A DNA stretch of 64,000 bases. It comes from Candidatus Xenobia bacterium. GTDB lineage: Bacteria > Vulcanimicrobiota > Xenobia > Xenobiales > QWHO01. Positions 38,942 to 48,868 of this stretch are shown one piece after another. A model generated the notes under the pieces. It made no database searches, had not been told where the DNA came from, and worked only from the letters and a program-made list of their open reading frames with translations. The translations under genes were made by a program, and so were the position numbers. Position 1 is the stretch's first letter; each line of letters begins with the position of its first letter. The stretch covers positions 35,148-99,147 of the forward strand of contig BTUM01000022.1 in the NCBI GenBank assembly GCA_045863235.1, read 5' to 3'.

Positions 38942-39244
38942 GGGGAGCAAGCGGATCGTCTGCGCCGAGTCGGTTCAATAGCCCGGGAAGATTGAACTCG
39001 GAGCGAGCTGGAATCGTCATGCTGGGGGAGGATTGAGCCATGCGAGATTTGTCGACCGCACGGCATTCGGGGGACTGCATCGTCCGAGCCATTCAGAGCT
39101 GGCTCGCGTAGCGCTCCGGCGTGCGTAGTCGAAGCAGCAGCCCTTCCTGGCAAGGGCAGCATCCCTGGAGCCATTCGGGCACGGAGCTGCTGGTCGGGTG
39201 GCCAGGTCAGTCCAGGTTGGGGTCCGGGATCGCCTCGGTGAGCG

Positions 39245-40210
39245 CTATGGACCTGCAGAAATCAACCCCAGGGCCCGCTGCGTGCGCGCGTCCGGCTGGC
39301 ACGTGATCGGCAGGCCGTGGTCTTGCTGAAACCGCCCCAGCCACTCCGAGTCGCAGCGGGCCGAGGGTCCCAGCGCCACCTGTAGGGCGCGCGCCACGGC
39401 GCGGCGGTCGGCCTGGTCGATGGCCACGAGGTCCTCGCGGGTCAGCTCCCGGCCGACGATCGTAACGGGCGTCCCCTTGCCGAGGCCGGGTTGGGCCAGG
39501 AACTCGTCCAGATCTCGGTCACGCATCGCCACGCAGCCCCAGGTCCAGTTGCTGCTCAGGTTCCAGTTCCACTCGTACCAGTCGCCCTGGCCGTGGATCT
39601 GGATGGAGCCCCCGATCGGCCGGTTCGGCTCGGGCAAAAGGCCGTGCTTGCGGAAGAACTGGTAGCGCGCCCTGTCCACCGCCGTGGGATAGTTCAGATC
39701 GTAGGCTACATAATAGTTCGATTCGTACTGCAGGCCGGTGATCCGGTATCGCCCTTCCGGAGTCGAACTGCGGTCCAGGCACACTTTGCGCCCGGCCTTA
39801 GGGCCCATCGAGATGGGATAGCGCTTGACAGGCACTCCCGCGTCCCGCACTTCGAGGTAGTAGTTGACCTTGTCGATCAGGATGTCGGGCCTGACCAGCG
39901 GCGGCAGAGGGCGATCCGGAGTGTCAACGCGCACGGTCTCCGAAACCTGGTCCCCTTCGCGTAAGCGATAGAAATAGGTGGTGTTGTCGGCTCGTCGGGT
40001 GTCGATGAGCTCGCCTTGCTTGCCCGGCAGATGCAAGCGCACGACCGGCCACCGGTCGTCCACCACACGGAAGCGGGATAGATCGGCCGTCGAGCGCTCG
40101 AGCACGGCCGGGGTCGAGGTCTGATAGCGCAACGCCTGTTCCTGCACGACCAGGGACGGGACCGGGATCGCAGCCAGGCAGAGGACGCAGGCAAACAACC
40201 AGAATCGCAC
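39245..40210 (-). CDS. L,D-transpeptidase (YkuD family), secreted
   Basis: Signal peptide, TPEGRY, LNYP and IQIHG...WTWGCVAM. Confidence 0.88.
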   Translation of the reverse strand: MRFWLFACVLCLAAIPVPSLVVQEQALRYQTSTPAVLERSTADLSRFRVVDDRWPVVRLHLPGKQGELIDTRRADNTTYFYRLREGDQVSETVRVDTPDRPLPPLVRPDILIDKVNYYLEVRDAGVPVKRYPISMGPKAGRKVCLDRSSTPEGRYRITGLQYESNYYVAYDLNYPTAVDRARYQFFRKHGLLPEPNRPIGGSIQIHGQGDWYEWNWNLSSNWTWGCVAMRDRDLDEFLAQPGLGKGTPVTIVGRELTREDLVAIDQADRRAVARALQVALGPSARCDSEWLGRFQQDHGLPITCQPDARTQRALGLISAGP

Positions 40211-40254
40211 CCCGTGGGTTTAGACGAATCGAAGGCCGGTTCCTTGGCAGCGCA

Positions 40255-41403
40255 CTACCCGATTTGACGCCGGATCGCCAGACAGGTCACGTCGTCGTCC
40301 TGCGCCTGCCCCTGGCTGAAGCGCTCGGCCTCCTGGTAAATCCCCTCGAGCAGCTCGGGCAAGGGGAGGTGGCGAAGCTGCACCAGGGCCTCACCCAGGC
40401 GCTCCTCGCCCAAAAGCTCGCGCGCCTGGTTGCGCCACTCCGGCAGCCCGTCGGTGAAGAAGAAGGCCAGGTCGCCGGGAGCCACCTCGATTTTCTGCGC
40501 CTCCAGCTCGATGTTCTCGAACACTCCCAGCGGAGGGCACGTCGTGGGCACCAGGCTCACCTGGCCGGACGCCAGCAACAGGCAGGTGGCCTGCCCCGCT
40601 CCGATCACCTCCAACTGCCCGCTGGCGTTGCTCAGGCGCCCCAGGCTGGCGGCCACGAAGCGCTCCCCCTGGCGCGAGTCGTTGACCAGCAGCGCGTTCA
40701 TCCGCCGGGCCATGGTCTCGAGGCTTTCCAGGGGGCTGGCCAGGGCTCGAAAGTAGGAGCGACAGCGCGAGACCAGCAGGGCGCTGTCCAGCCCGTGGCC
40801 GCTGCCGTCGGCCACCAGGAAGGCCAGGCTCCCCGGCCCCAGGGTCACGAAGTCGTAGCAGTCTCCGCCCACGGTGCGGGCCGGGTGGAAGGCGCCGGCC
40901 AGCTCGAACCCTGGGATGGAGAGGGTAGGGGGCGGCTCTACCAGTTCGCGGGCCAACTCCAGCTCGCGCTCCAGACGGCGCTTCTCGGCCAGGGCGTCCA
41001 GCAGGCCCTGGCGCTTGAGGGCGATGGCCGCCAGCGAGCCCAGCACCAGCGCGAGATCCCCTTCCTCCTGGCTGAACCGCGCCGCTCCCTGGATGTGCAG
41101 CACGCCCATCAACTGCCCCTCCGGAGCGATCAGCGGCACCACCAGGGTCTCCCCTCCCGACTGCTGGTCCACCCGAATCACCCGCTGGGTGACCGCGGCG
41201 CGCGCCGAGGCGCCGATGCGTGCGCTGATGCGAACCTCTTTCTGGAAGAACTCCTCCGACCCCGCATCATACTGCAGGATCTGAGCCCGCTGGCAGGCCA
41301 GCAGGCTGTGGGCCGCCTTCTCGATGGATAACAGCAGCGGCTGCAGTTCTTGCGACTCGGCCAGCAGCCGCACCACCTCGACTAACCTTGACAGAGAGTT
41401 CAC
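40255..41403 (-). CDS. GAF plus SpoIIE/PP2C phosphatase (RsbU-like)
   Basis: VGGDCYD, VADGSGHG, FTDGLPE and QDDDVT. Confidence 0.9.
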   Translation of the reverse strand: MNSLSRLVEVVRLLAESQELQPLLLSIEKAAHSLLACQRAQILQYDAGSEEFFQKEVRISARIGASARAAVTQRVIRVDQQSGGETLVVPLIAPEGQLMGVLHIQGAARFSQEEGDLALVLGSLAAIALKRQGLLDALAEKRRLERELELARELVEPPPTLSIPGFELAGAFHPARTVGGDCYDFVTLGPGSLAFLVADGSGHGLDSALLVSRCRSYFRALASPLESLETMARRMNALLVNDSRQGERFVAASLGRLSNASGQLEVIGAGQATCLLLASGQVSLVPTTCPPLGVFENIELEAQKIEVAPGDLAFFFTDGLPEWRNQARELLGEERLGEALVQLRHLPLPELLEGIYQEAERFSQGQAQDDDVTCLAIRRQIG

Positions 41404-41446
41404 GTTTTCTGTCTACCTGCTGCCCGGTGGTCCATCCTGCTACAGT

Positions 41447-41620
41447 AGCGCGCACTGATCATGTAAGGATATCAGTGCGCGCTCCTTTAGAAACTACTTG
41501 AACGTTACGCGCCCAGTTCCTGATCGAAACTGTGCGCTTCACTGTAAAGTGCAAGGCCTTTGGTCTTACACCTTGCGGCTGGAACGCAGTTCCGGCGCGT
41601 TCGTCAGGCGCTACAGGAGC
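41447..41620 (+). ncRNA. candidate structured RNA / long structured 5' leader
   Basis: Extended -10 (TGCTACAGT, 41438-41446), 13-bp hairpin, then a long closing stem enclosing four short hairpins (manual pairing only). Confidence 0.4.
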
Positions 41621-41717
41621 CCGAAGCCAAATTGCCAGCACATGAAAGCCGCTGGTGGATCAAAACGGCTGTCGCAGATCATCGCGGGCGGGCTCGGGTC
41701 GGCCTATCCTGGAGCCT

Positions 41718-42182
41718 GTGAGAAAGCTCCTCCTTCCCCTCGACCGAACCCGGCGCTCGCGTGAGGCCTTGCCTTTCGCTCTATCGGCTGCCTCTCCCGG
41801 CAGCCTGCTCGTCCTGCTGCAGGTAATCGAGCCCCTGCCCGACCTTCCCCCCGACCCCCCCAACGACCATCCCGACCTCGCCCCCCGGCTCGAGAAGGCC
41901 CGCTCGTTGCTCGGGCAACTGGCCGCCGACCTGACGGGGAAGGGTTACCGGGTCGAGTTCGAGGTGGCCTACGGACACCCGGCCGACCACATCGTGGAGG
42001 CCGTTCAGCGGCACCAGATCGAGCAGGTCTTCATGACCACCCACTCCGGCCCCGGACCCGACGCGGGACTGCTCGGGGGCGTGGCCGAGGAAGTGTGGCG
42101 GCGCAGCCCCTGCCAGGTGGTGCTGGTTCGTTCGGGCTGGCCGGTGCCGGTGGGCTCTCGGGTGGCTGTAGCGGCTGCCTGA
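41718..42182 (+). CDS. universal stress protein (USP)
   Basis: LLLPLD, GHPADHIV, MTTH and LLGGVAEEVWRRSPCQVVLVR. Confidence 0.88.
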   Translation: MRKLLLPLDRTRRSREALPFALSAASPGSLLVLLQVIEPLPDLPPDPPNDHPDLAPRLEKARSLLGQLAADLTGKGYRVEFEVAYGHPADHIVEAVQRHQIEQVFMTTHSGPGPDAGLLGGVAEEVWRRSPCQVVLVRSGWPVPVGSRVAVAAA

Positions 42183-42668
42183 TCAGGGCTGGCAGGTCCG
42201 ACAGGCTGTCAGTCCGCGCTCCAGTGCCCGGGAAGCCTTCATCGTCTCGACTCCCGACTCGGGTAGCAGGCGACAACCCGGGCGATGGTAGCGCTTGCCT
42301 TTCCCGGCCACCGCGACCTGAGGCTCGTGCTTCTCCTCGTAGCTCTCCTTGAGGATCTCCTGCAGCTCGTGGCTGTCGAGCCAGACCCCGAAACAAGCCG
42401 GGCAGCGGTCGACCTTGACGCGTTTCTGGGGCGAGAACCAGCGAGCCACCATGCGCGTGCCGCAGCCCGGACATGATACCTCACCGCGGGGGTCGTCCTC
42501 CTGGAGCCCGTGCCGCGGGTCGAGGTCGTAGCGCGTTCCCAGAATCTGGGCCAGCTCGCCCCGGTCGAGCCAGGTGCCGTCGCACTGGGGACAGGCATCC
42601 ATCAGCAGGTTCAGGAAGCGGGTTGGAGTGAGCGGGAAGTTGTCCCGCGGGCAGCGTCGGTGGTCCAT
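42183..42668 (-). CDS. tandem zf-TFIIB zinc-ribbon protein with C-terminal Ada-like metal-binding domain
   Basis: CPRD...DACPQCDGTWLDRGEL, CPGC...DRCPACFGVWLDSHEL and KRYHRPGC...ACRTCQP. Confidence 0.8.
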   Translation of the reverse strand: MDHRRCPRDNFPLTPTRFLNLLMDACPQCDGTWLDRGELAQILGTRYDLDPRHGLQEDDPRGEVSCPGCGTRMVARWFSPQKRVKVDRCPACFGVWLDSHELQEILKESYEEKHEPQVAVAGKGKRYHRPGCRLLPESGVETMKASRALERGLTACRTCQP

Positions 42669-42781
42669 GGCCGGCCTGATTCTCGCGAGCGGGCGGGCGG
42701 CCCTGCCGCCCATTCCCAGTTCGTCCCGCAAGACGTGAAGCCTCAAGAGGGGAGGGGTCAGGCGATGGCAAAAGTGGACCT

Positions 42782-43633
42782 GTGGGAAACGATGTGCGGT
42801 CCCTGGGCAGGGTCCTGGTCGAGAAGACGCAGGCGGGCATGCTGGCCGCGGCTGAGCGTCACGGCCTCCTGGTCGAGGGGAAAATCGACCTGCGGGGCCG
42901 GAGGGTGAAGTTCGAGCACACCGATCTCGACCTGAGCGCTTTCTTGCTCGAGGGCGCCGATCTGACCGGCTCGCTCCTGACCAACTGCAGCGGCGAGAAG
43001 GTCAGCCTGCGAGCCTGCAAGCTGAAGAACGTCCGAATCGAATGCGTAAAAGCGAGAAAAACATCCTTTCTGGGCGCCTCCTTTGACGAAGCGCTTCTCG
43101 AGAGCGTGTATCTTGGCCCGCGCACCCTCGACCTTTCAAAGACGAGCTACCGGGGTGCCCGGCTCGAGGATGTCACGTTCATGCTGGCCCGGCTTCCCGA
43201 GGCAGACTTCACCGGCGCCCGCTTGACCGACTGCTCCTTTCGGCGAGGTATCCTGGACGGCGCGAGTTTTCGCGGCGCCACGCTAACGCGCGTCTCACTC
43301 GAGGAGGCCACTCTGGTGGGGGCCGACTTCACCGATGCAGACCTGCACCGGATGGACCAGTGGGAAGAGCCGAACTACCAGGGGGCAATCATCAGCGACG
43401 AGCTGCGCTACCAGTTCGGGGTGGTCCGAGACCCGGCCCGTCGGGTGGACGCGCTGATCGAGAGCCGAGCGCTTGGAGCGGAGGCCACGGAGGGGTTGCA
43501 GCGCCTGAAGGCCCGATTCTCCGACCTGTTATCCTATCCAGAGTGCCTGCTGATCGGGCGCGAGCTCGAAGAGGCCATCCCCCCTCACCTTTTTCCAACG
43601 ATTCTCAAAGCTCTGAAGGACGATAGCTCCTGA
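42782..43633 (+). CDS. pentapeptide repeat protein
   Basis: Repeated ADLTG/ADFTG/ASFRG pentapeptides. Confidence 0.85.
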   Translation: MGNDVRSLGRVLVEKTQAGMLAAAERHGLLVEGKIDLRGRRVKFEHTDLDLSAFLLEGADLTGSLLTNCSGEKVSLRACKLKNVRIECVKARKTSFLGASFDEALLESVYLGPRTLDLSKTSYRGARLEDVTFMLARLPEADFTGARLTDCSFRRGILDGASFRGATLTRVSLEEATLVGADFTDADLHRMDQWEEPNYQGAIISDELRYQFGVVRDPARRVDALIESRALGAEATEGLQRLKARFSDLLSYPECLLIGRELEEAIPPHLFPTILKALKDDSS

Positions 43634-43717
43634 AGTCCGGCGGCTGCGGCGCCTGGCCTCGGCAGGAGCCCGGCGACGAGCGTGGTAACCCTCGACAGCT
43701 TTGTTGGGAGGACATCC

Positions 43718-45127
43718 ATGACCGTGCAAACCCCGGGCAAGACGCGCACCGAGACCGACAGCATGGGCGCCATGGAGGTGCCCCACGACCGTTACTGGGG
43801 AGCGCAGACCCAGCGCTCGCTGCACTATTTCGACATCGGCTTCGACCGGCTGCCGCGCGAGATGGTGCGCGCCCTGGGCATCCTCAAGCGGGCCGCAGCC
43901 GAAGTGAATCGCGACCTGGGTCTGTTGAGCTCGGAGCTGGCCGAGGCCGTCAGCAAGGCCGCCAGCGAAGTGATCGAAGGCAACCACGACGACCACTTCC
44001 CTCTGCGCGTCTGGCAGACCGGCAGCGGCACTCAGAGCAACATGAACGCCAACGAGGTGATCGCCAACCGGGCCATCGAGCTGATGGGCGGGCAGATCGG
44101 CTCCAAGAAGCCGGTCCACCCCAACGACCACGTGAACATGTCCCAGTCCAGCAACGACACGTATCCCACCGCCATGCACATCGCCGCGGTGGAGGAGCTG
44201 CATCGGCACCTGATCCCGCGCCTCACCCAGTTGCGCGACTCGCTGCAAAGGAAGGCCGACGAGTTCGGCCAGGTCATCAAGATTGGACGCACCCACCTGA
44301 TGGACGCGGTGCCGCTGACGATGGCCCAGGAGTTCGGGGGCTACGTGGCCATGCTCGACCAGGATCTCGAGCGCCTCCACATGGTCCTCCCCCACCTCTA
44401 CCAGCTGGCCCTGGGAGGCACCGCTGTCGGGACGGGCCTGAACACCCACCCCGAGTTCGCCCAGAGGGCGGCAGCCCGGATCGCCGAGCTGACCGGGCTC
44501 CCGTTCGTCTCGGCCCCCAACAAGTTCGCCGCCCTGGCCGGCCACGACGCCCTGGTGATGGCCAGCGGGGCCCTCAAGACACTGGCCTGCTCGCTCATGA
44601 AGATTGCCAACGACGTGCGCTGGATGGGCTCGGGCCCCCGCTGCGGCCTGGCCGAGCTGTCCCTGCCCGAGAACGAGCCGGGCTCCTCCATCATGCCCGG
44701 GAAGGTCAACCCTACCCAGAGCGAGTCGCTCACCATGGTGTGCGTGCAGGTGATGGGCAACGATACCGCCATCGGCATCGCAGGCAGCCAGGGCAACTTT
44801 GAGCTGAACGTGTTCAAGCCGCTCATCATCCACAACTTCCTGCACTCGGTGCGCCTGCTCGCTTCTGGCTGCCGCAGCTTCGCCGAGCACTGCGTGGACG
44901 GCCTGGTGCTGAACAAGCGCCAGGTGGAGGATTACGTGGAGCGCTCGCTCATGCTGGTCACCGCCCTTTCGCCCCGCATCGGCTACGACAACGCCGCCAA
45001 GGTGGCCCACAAAGCCCACGTCGAGCACAAGACGCTGCGCGAGGTGGCCGTGGAGATGGGCCTGCTCACAGCCGAGGAGTTCGACCAGATCGTCCGCCCC
45101 GAGAAGATGCTCGGACCCTCGAAATAG
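43718..45127 (+). CDS. fumC: fumarate hydratase class II
   Basis: [34 protein letters not shown] and [19 protein letters not shown]. Confidence 0.97.
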   Translation: MTVQTPGKTRTETDSMGAMEVPHDRYWGAQTQRSLHYFDIGFDRLPREMVRALGILKRAAAEVNRDLGLLSSELAEAVSKAASEVIEGNHDDHFPLRVWQTGSGTQSNMNANEVIANRAIELMGGQIGSKKPVHPNDHVNMSQSSNDTYPTAMHIAAVEELHRHLIPRLTQLRDSLQRKADEFGQVIKIGRTHLMDAVPLTMAQEFGGYVAMLDQDLERLHMVLPHLYQLALGGTAVGTGLNTHPEFAQRAAARIAELTGLPFVSAPNKFAALAGHDALVMASGALKTLACSLMKIANDVRWMGSGPRCGLAELSLPENEPGSSIMPGKVNPTQSESLTMVCVQVMGNDTAIGIAGSQGNFELNVFKPLIIHNFLHSVRLLASGCRSFAEHCVDGLVLNKRQVEDYVERSLMLVTALSPRIGYDNAAKVAHKAHVEHKTLREVAVEMGLLTAEEFDQIVRPEKMLGPSK

Positions 45128-45142
45128 CTCATTCAGCGGGCG

Positions 45143-45281
45143 TATCGGACGTTGTTCGGGCGGCCCATCAATCGGCGCTATCGGACGCTTGTTCGGGCCG
45201 CGGCCCTGCTCGCCACCCGCATGCTTTGCCATCAAGCTTGTGTTCGATTTTTATACCGGCGGTATCGGACGCTTGTTCGGG
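45143..45281. repeat. three irregularly spaced 18-19 bp direct repeats
   Basis: TATCGGACG(C)TTGTTCGGG at 45143, 45179 and 45263. Confidence 0.85.
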
Positions 45282-45404
45282 TATGCCTGCCGGTCATCGA
45301 TCGCGCGTCGCGATGAGCGCGCTTGGGCGGGCGGGGTGATCAGCCAAGGCAGCGCGTCAGCCAGGAACTGATATCCCGGACAGGGGCGGCCGTCGACCTC
45401 GAGG

Positions 45405-46136
45405 TCAAAGCAGAGCCGGCAGGATCTCGCACAGGTCGCCCTCCAGCCGGATGTGGGCCAGGTGGTCGTGGGCCGTGGGGCCCTGGTTGATGATGGCGTA
45501 AGTGGCTCCGTTGCGGTGGCCATCCCGGGGCACCGAGGCGGCCGGCTCCACCTGCAAGCTCGAGCCCAGCGCCAGCACCAGGTCCGCCTGGCGGGCCGCC
45601 TCGAGCGCTTGCTCCATCAGGTCCCTCGGCATGGCCTGTCCAAATGAGATCGTGGCCGTCTTGAGCAGCCCCCCGCAGGCCCTGCACAGAGGGCAGCTGC
45701 GAGTCTGACGAAAATGCTCGAAGGCCGGGGTCGGGTCGCTGCGCTGGCCGCAGGAGAGGCACTCGACCAGCCGGTTGGTCCCGTGGAGCTCGATCACCCT
45801 GGTGTTGCCCGCCTTGTGGTGCAATCCGTCGATGTTCTGGGTCACCAACAAGAGCAGCCGGCCATCTTCCTCCAGCTTCACCAGGGCCCGGTGGGCGGCG
45901 TTGGGCTCGGCCAGGCGGAACTCGTCCCAGCCTTCGAGCTTGTACTCCCAGTGCTCGTTCCGTTTGGCCTCGCTGGCCAGGAACTCGTCGAAGTAGACCG
46001 GCTGGCGCCGCTTCCACACTCCCTGGGGGCCGCGGAAGTCCGGGATGCCCGAGCCGGTGGAGATGCCCGCGCCGGTGAAGACCAGCACGCGTTTGGCCGC
46101 GGCCAGGGCTTCTTTCAGCTGCTCTTCCCCGCTCAT
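45405..46136 (-). CDS. cobB: NAD-dependent protein deacylase (Sir2/CobB family)
   Basis: TGAGISTGSGIPDFRG, TQNIDGLH, ELHG, two CxxC and GSSLQV. Confidence 0.9.
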   Translation of the reverse strand: MSGEEQLKEALAAAKRVLVFTGAGISTGSGIPDFRGPQGVWKRRQPVYFDEFLASEAKRNEHWEYKLEGWDEFRLAEPNAAHRALVKLEEDGRLLLLVTQNIDGLHHKAGNTRVIELHGTNRLVECLSCGQRSDPTPAFEHFRQTRSCPLCRACGGLLKTATISFGQAMPRDLMEQALEAARQADLVLALGSSLQVEPAASVPRDGHRNGATYAIINQGPTAHDHLAHIRLEGDLCEILPALL

Positions 46137-46235
46137 CCAAGACGCGTTCGCGCTGGCCGGTCGCTCAGCCCTTCACAACCTGTCCGACCTGGGATACCGG
46201 CAGCCGTGGCAGCCTGGCCCGGCCCGCTCCGCAGG

Positions 46236-48602
46236 TCAATCCCACCAGAAGAAGAGCTGGTCGCTCTTCTTGAGCTGGCGGGCCAACTCTTGGACCGTGC
46301 CGCAGCCCTGGTCCACGATGTCGGGGCAGAACGCATACATCCGCTCGGCCAGGCCCTTCGGGTCGCGCACCGGCTCGAGGAAGCGCCCACCCAGCGAGTC
46401 GGGGGCGATCATGGTCAACACGAAAGGCTGCTCGGCCTGGAGCTCGCGCAGCCATTCCAGGATGTCGTCGGTGCCCAGCGAGCAGTTGCTTCCATCGGTC
46501 TGCACCGCCGCGATCACCTCAAAGGGGTCCTTCGTGGCCGCAGCCAGGAGGGCGCTCTTGCGGTTCGAGTCCCAGCACACGAAGCAACCCCGGGGGGAGA
46601 GCTCGCCTTGCAGCTCTTCCAGCTTCAGCTCCGGCAGGCATTTGGTCTGGACGTGGACCCGATAGAGGCCGGGGGCCTCCTCGCTGGGCTGGCTCCCGCA
46701 GCGCGCAGCCAGGTCGCCCAGGGCGGCTCGGAACCCCCTGGAGGGCTTGAAGCGGGGCACAGGCACCGAGCGCGGAACGCGCCTGGGCGCTGCAGGCTCG
46801 AGCGGGGGGGCCTCGGACGCACCCAGCGACTCCAGCCAGCGCACCATCTCCAGCCTTTCGTAGAGTCGGGCTACCGCCAGGGCCGTGGCGTCCCCGTGAG
46901 CTTGAGCCGGGTCAGCTCCGGCGGCAACCAGCTTTCGGGCGGCCTCCAACTGGCCGTAGCGGGCCGCCTCCATCAGGGGAGGCCCCATCAGCCCTGGCCG
47001 ACCCGTGTCAGCCCCGGCCCGCAGCAACGCCTCCACGATCGGCACGACCGTTTCGCCAGGCAGTGGGAGCAGAGCCTCGGCGCCCCGCTCGGAATAGCGG
47101 GCGATGGCTCCGGCCGGGACCGTTCCCTCCAGGGGATGCCAGAGACAGGCGCTCACCGCCGCCACCAACGGCGTCTGCTTGGAGCGGCTGGTCTGGTTGG
47201 GATCGGCTCCAGCGGCCAAGAGCCGCTCGACCAGTTGGCCGTCCCCCGCCTCGCAGGCGGCCACCAGGGCGCTCCCGGCGGGCCGGCCCTTGCTTCGTTG
47301 CAGCAGGTAGTCCACCACTTCCCGGTGCCCCCCCTGCGTGGCCAGCTCCAGAGCCGTGGCACCGCCGGGCCCCTTCTTCTTCAGGTCGGCTCCCTTCTCG
47401 GCCAGCACTCGCACCAGCTCCAAGTGGCCCGCTTGGCAGGCCAGCAGGAATGGGGTCCAGCCAAGCGCGTCCTTGACCTCTACCGGCGCGCCGGCCTCGA
47501 GCAGGGCGCGCGCCACCTCGAGGTGAGCGCCCTCCACGGCTCGGGTCAGGGCCGGGCGGCCCAGGCACACCCCGGCCAGGGCTTCCTCGCCCGCCTCCGC
47601 GCCGATCCAGCGGGCGGCTTTGTCGGGTGGACCGTCCAGCAGCCCAGGGTCAGCGCCTGCGTGCAGCAGCGTCTGCACCGCTTCGCGGTGACCGCCCCGG
47701 GCGGCCAGCATCAGGGGCGTCCAGCCCTGCGTGGCCCGGCGCTGATCGCGCGTCTCGATCGGGGCTCCGTCATCCAGCAGACTGCGCAGCATCGCGGTTT
47801 CCCCCTCCTGAGCGGCCAGAAGGAGCTGCTCGGCAGGGGTGCGTCGCTCGCTGGTCACCCCGAACTCGGCCAGCACCGCGCGGAGCTCGGGGTTGGCCAG
47901 CTCGAAGGCGGAGCGGCCCTGGCTGTCGCGTTTGTCGGCCAGGGCCCCGGCAGCCAGGAGCAGCCGGGCCGCCCGCGCGTGGCCGCCCAGAATGGCCGCC
48001 AGGAGCGGCGGCGCCTTGACCTGGTTGGTCTTCAGCAGGCCCGGCTCGTCGGGATCAGCCCCGGCCTCGAGCAGTGCCTTCATCACCTCGTCGCGCCCCT
48101 GCTCGGCCGCCAGCACCAGGGGCGGCAGCCTGCCAAACCGGGGAGTGTGCCGCGGGTTGGCCCCGGCCCCGAGCAGGGCCAGCGCCAGCCCGTCGTGGCC
48201 GCCCGCGAGCGCCGACAAGAGGGGAGTGGAGATGCTGCTGCCGGCGTCGGGATCGGCTCCTGCCCGCAGCAACCGCTCGGCCACCTCAAGGTGGCCCAGA
48301 GCGCAGGCGACCTGAAGCGGAGTGCCCGAGGGCGCCACCATGTTGACGTCCGCCCCCTGAGCGATGAGGGCCTCGACCGTGGCCAGCCGCCCCGTTCGGG
48401 CCGCCCACACCAGCCCCTGATCGCGCCCGTCCGCGCCGGCCTCGATGAGGGCGCAGCGCAGGTCATCGCGGCGGTGGTGGACCAGCTCGAGCGCGCTCCG
48501 TTTCCCCTTGCGCGCGTTGGGGTTAGCCCCGGCCGCCAGGAGCTCCTGGACTCTTACGAGCGAGTTGGACTCGATGGCCTCGATCAGCTCCTGCTCCAGC
48601 AC
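46236..48602 (-). CDS. ankyrin repeat protein with C-terminal DUF4253-like domain
   Basis: Many TPL..A..G..LL.AGAD repeats; C-terminal LAERMYAFCPDIVDQG...FFWWD. Start uncertain (ORF open to 48695). Confidence 0.88.
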   Translation of the reverse strand: MLEQELIEAIESNSLVRVQELLAAGANPNARKGKRSALELVHHRRDDLRCALIEAGADGRDQGLVWAARTGRLATVEALIAQGADVNMVAPSGTPLQVACALGHLEVAERLLRAGADPDAGSSISTPLLSALAGGHDGLALALLGAGANPRHTPRFGRLPPLVLAAEQGRDEVMKALLEAGADPDEPGLLKTNQVKAPPLLAAILGGHARAARLLLAAGALADKRDSQGRSAFELANPELRAVLAEFGVTSERRTPAEQLLLAAQEGETAMLRSLLDDGAPIETRDQRRATQGWTPLMLAARGGHREAVQTLLHAGADPGLLDGPPDKAARWIGAEAGEEALAGVCLGRPALTRAVEGAHLEVARALLEAGAPVEVKDALGWTPFLLACQAGHLELVRVLAEKGADLKKKGPGGATALELATQGGHREVVDYLLQRSKGRPAGSALVAACEAGDGQLVERLLAAGADPNQTSRSKQTPLVAAVSACLWHPLEGTVPAGAIARYSERGAEALLPLPGETVVPIVEALLRAGADTGRPGLMGPPLMEAARYGQLEAARKLVAAGADPAQAHGDATALAVARLYERLEMVRWLESLGASEAPPLEPAAPRRVPRSVPVPRFKPSRGFRAALGDLAARCGSQPSEEAPGLYRVHVQTKCLPELKLEELQGELSPRGCFVCWDSNRKSALLAAATKDPFEVIAAVQTDGSNCSLGTDDILEWLRELQAEQPFVLTMIAPDSLGGRFLEPVRDPKGLAERMYAFCPDIVDQGCGTVQELARQLKKSDQLFFWWD

Positions 48603-48868
48603 GGCGCTCGTTTCGTGTTCTCCCGGAGGAGCCCCTCCGGCCTCCAAGGCCGGTGCAGGGCTTCCGGGGACGGTACCCCGCCCCGCTCGATGCAACTCGT
48701 TCCGGGCCCTTCCAGCCAGCGTGATCTCCCGTCATCGCGGACCCCGAGGCAGCTCCGGGCACCGGCAGCCTTCGGGCCAGAGCAGATCCGACAGCTGGGC
48801 GGACCTTCCGATGCGTTAGCCCGAGTTGACGAAGGGACCACCCCGCCCACCCCGAAGCCCAGCGCCCC

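Noticed and set aside
38965..39001. Hairpin (GTTCAAT/ATTGAAC core) as an ncRNA
   Set aside because: A single short stem after a stop codon; at most a weak terminator-like structure.
45405..48602. Sir2 plus ankyrin as an anti-phage NADase system
   Set aside because: The sirtuin is a standard zinc-containing CobB-type deacylase, with no TIR, HerA or Argonaute partner.
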